This document shows positions 6,996 through 7,335 of a DNA stretch of 7,335 nt, one piece after another. A model generated the notes under the pieces. That model was not told where the DNA came from, ran no database searches, and was given only the letters and a program-made list of their open reading frames with translations. Positions within the stretch are counted from its first letter, which is position 1; each line of letters starts with the position of its first letter. A program made the position numbers and the translations under genes. This DNA is from a virus. Its lineage: Duplodnaviria; Heunggongvirae; Uroviricota; Caudoviricetes. Where the stretch lies: IMG/VR virus record IMGVR_UViG_2547132252_000008; one strand, given 5' to 3'.

Positions 6996-7335
6996 ATGGC
7001 AGTAAAGATTTCAGGTGTACTGAAAGACGGCACAGGAAAACCGGTAGAGAACTGCACCATTCAACTGAAAGCCAGACGGACCAGCAGCACGGTGGTGGTG
7101 AACACGGTGGCCTCTGAAAATCCGGATGAAGCCGGTCGTTACAGCATGGACGTTGAGTACGGTCAGTACAGCGTCATTCTGTTGGTGGAGGGCTTCCCGC
7201 CGTCACATGCCGGGACCATCACCGTGTATGAAGATTCTCAACCCGGTACGCTGAATGATTTTCTCGGTGCCATGTCGGAGGATGACGTCCGGCCGGAGGC
7301 ACTGCGTCGTTTTGAACTGATGGTGGAAGAAGCGG
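6996..7335 (+). CDS. stf: Side tail fibre protein Stf, N-terminal 113 aa (3' end runs off the window).
   Basis: ATG 6996 is preceded by GGGGGG. The translation (MAVKISGVLKDGTGKPVENCTIQLKARRTSSTVVVNTVASENPDEAGRYSMDVEYGQYSVIL...) matches the lambda Stf N-terminus as I recall it. The frame is open to the window edge. Confidence 0.85.
   Translation, partial: MAVKISGVLKDGTGKPVENCTIQLKARRTSSTVVVNTVASENPDEAGRYSMDVEYGQYSVILLVEGFPPSHAGTITVYEDSQPGTLNDFLGAMSEDDVRPEALRRFELMVEEA

Noticed and set aside
1-7335. Search for CRISPR repeats, tRNA or rRNA genes, IS elements or transposases, and attachment-site repeats.
   Set aside because: No regularly spaced direct repeats, no cloverleaf-like tRNA candidates, and no transposase-like ORFs were found. 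The only repeat is the diverged I duplication already reported.

Overview
This window is the distal tail / host-specificity module of a lambda-like (lambdoid) siphovirus or prophage of an enterobacterial host, with every real gene on the + strand. The order is: an I-like 3' fragment (1-414), a loxP-like palindrome (469-503), L (528-1226), K (1232-1975), I (1873-2550, overlapping K), a 240-bp I-J spacer holding a 39-codon ORF and a strong intrinsic terminator, J (2791-6264), lom (6332-6931) flanked by terminators, and the 5' end of stf (6996-window end). The proteins are homologous to lambda L, K, I, J, Lom and Stf but not identical, so this is a relative of lambda rather than lambda itself. 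The most unusual part is the first 530 bp. A diverged second copy of the I 3' end sits where gene M should be, and it is joined to L through a 35-bp site that matches P1 loxP in both 13-bp arms and the spacer, apart from one extra base. I read that as a recombination junction or engineering scar between two different lambdoid tail modules. Other points worth a second look are the moron-like insert between I and J, a conserved hairpin downstream of both I copies, and a drop in GC content across the 3' third of J. No tRNA, rRNA, CRISPR array or transposase was seen. All calls rest on reading the sequence and recalled family knowledge; no database search was run.
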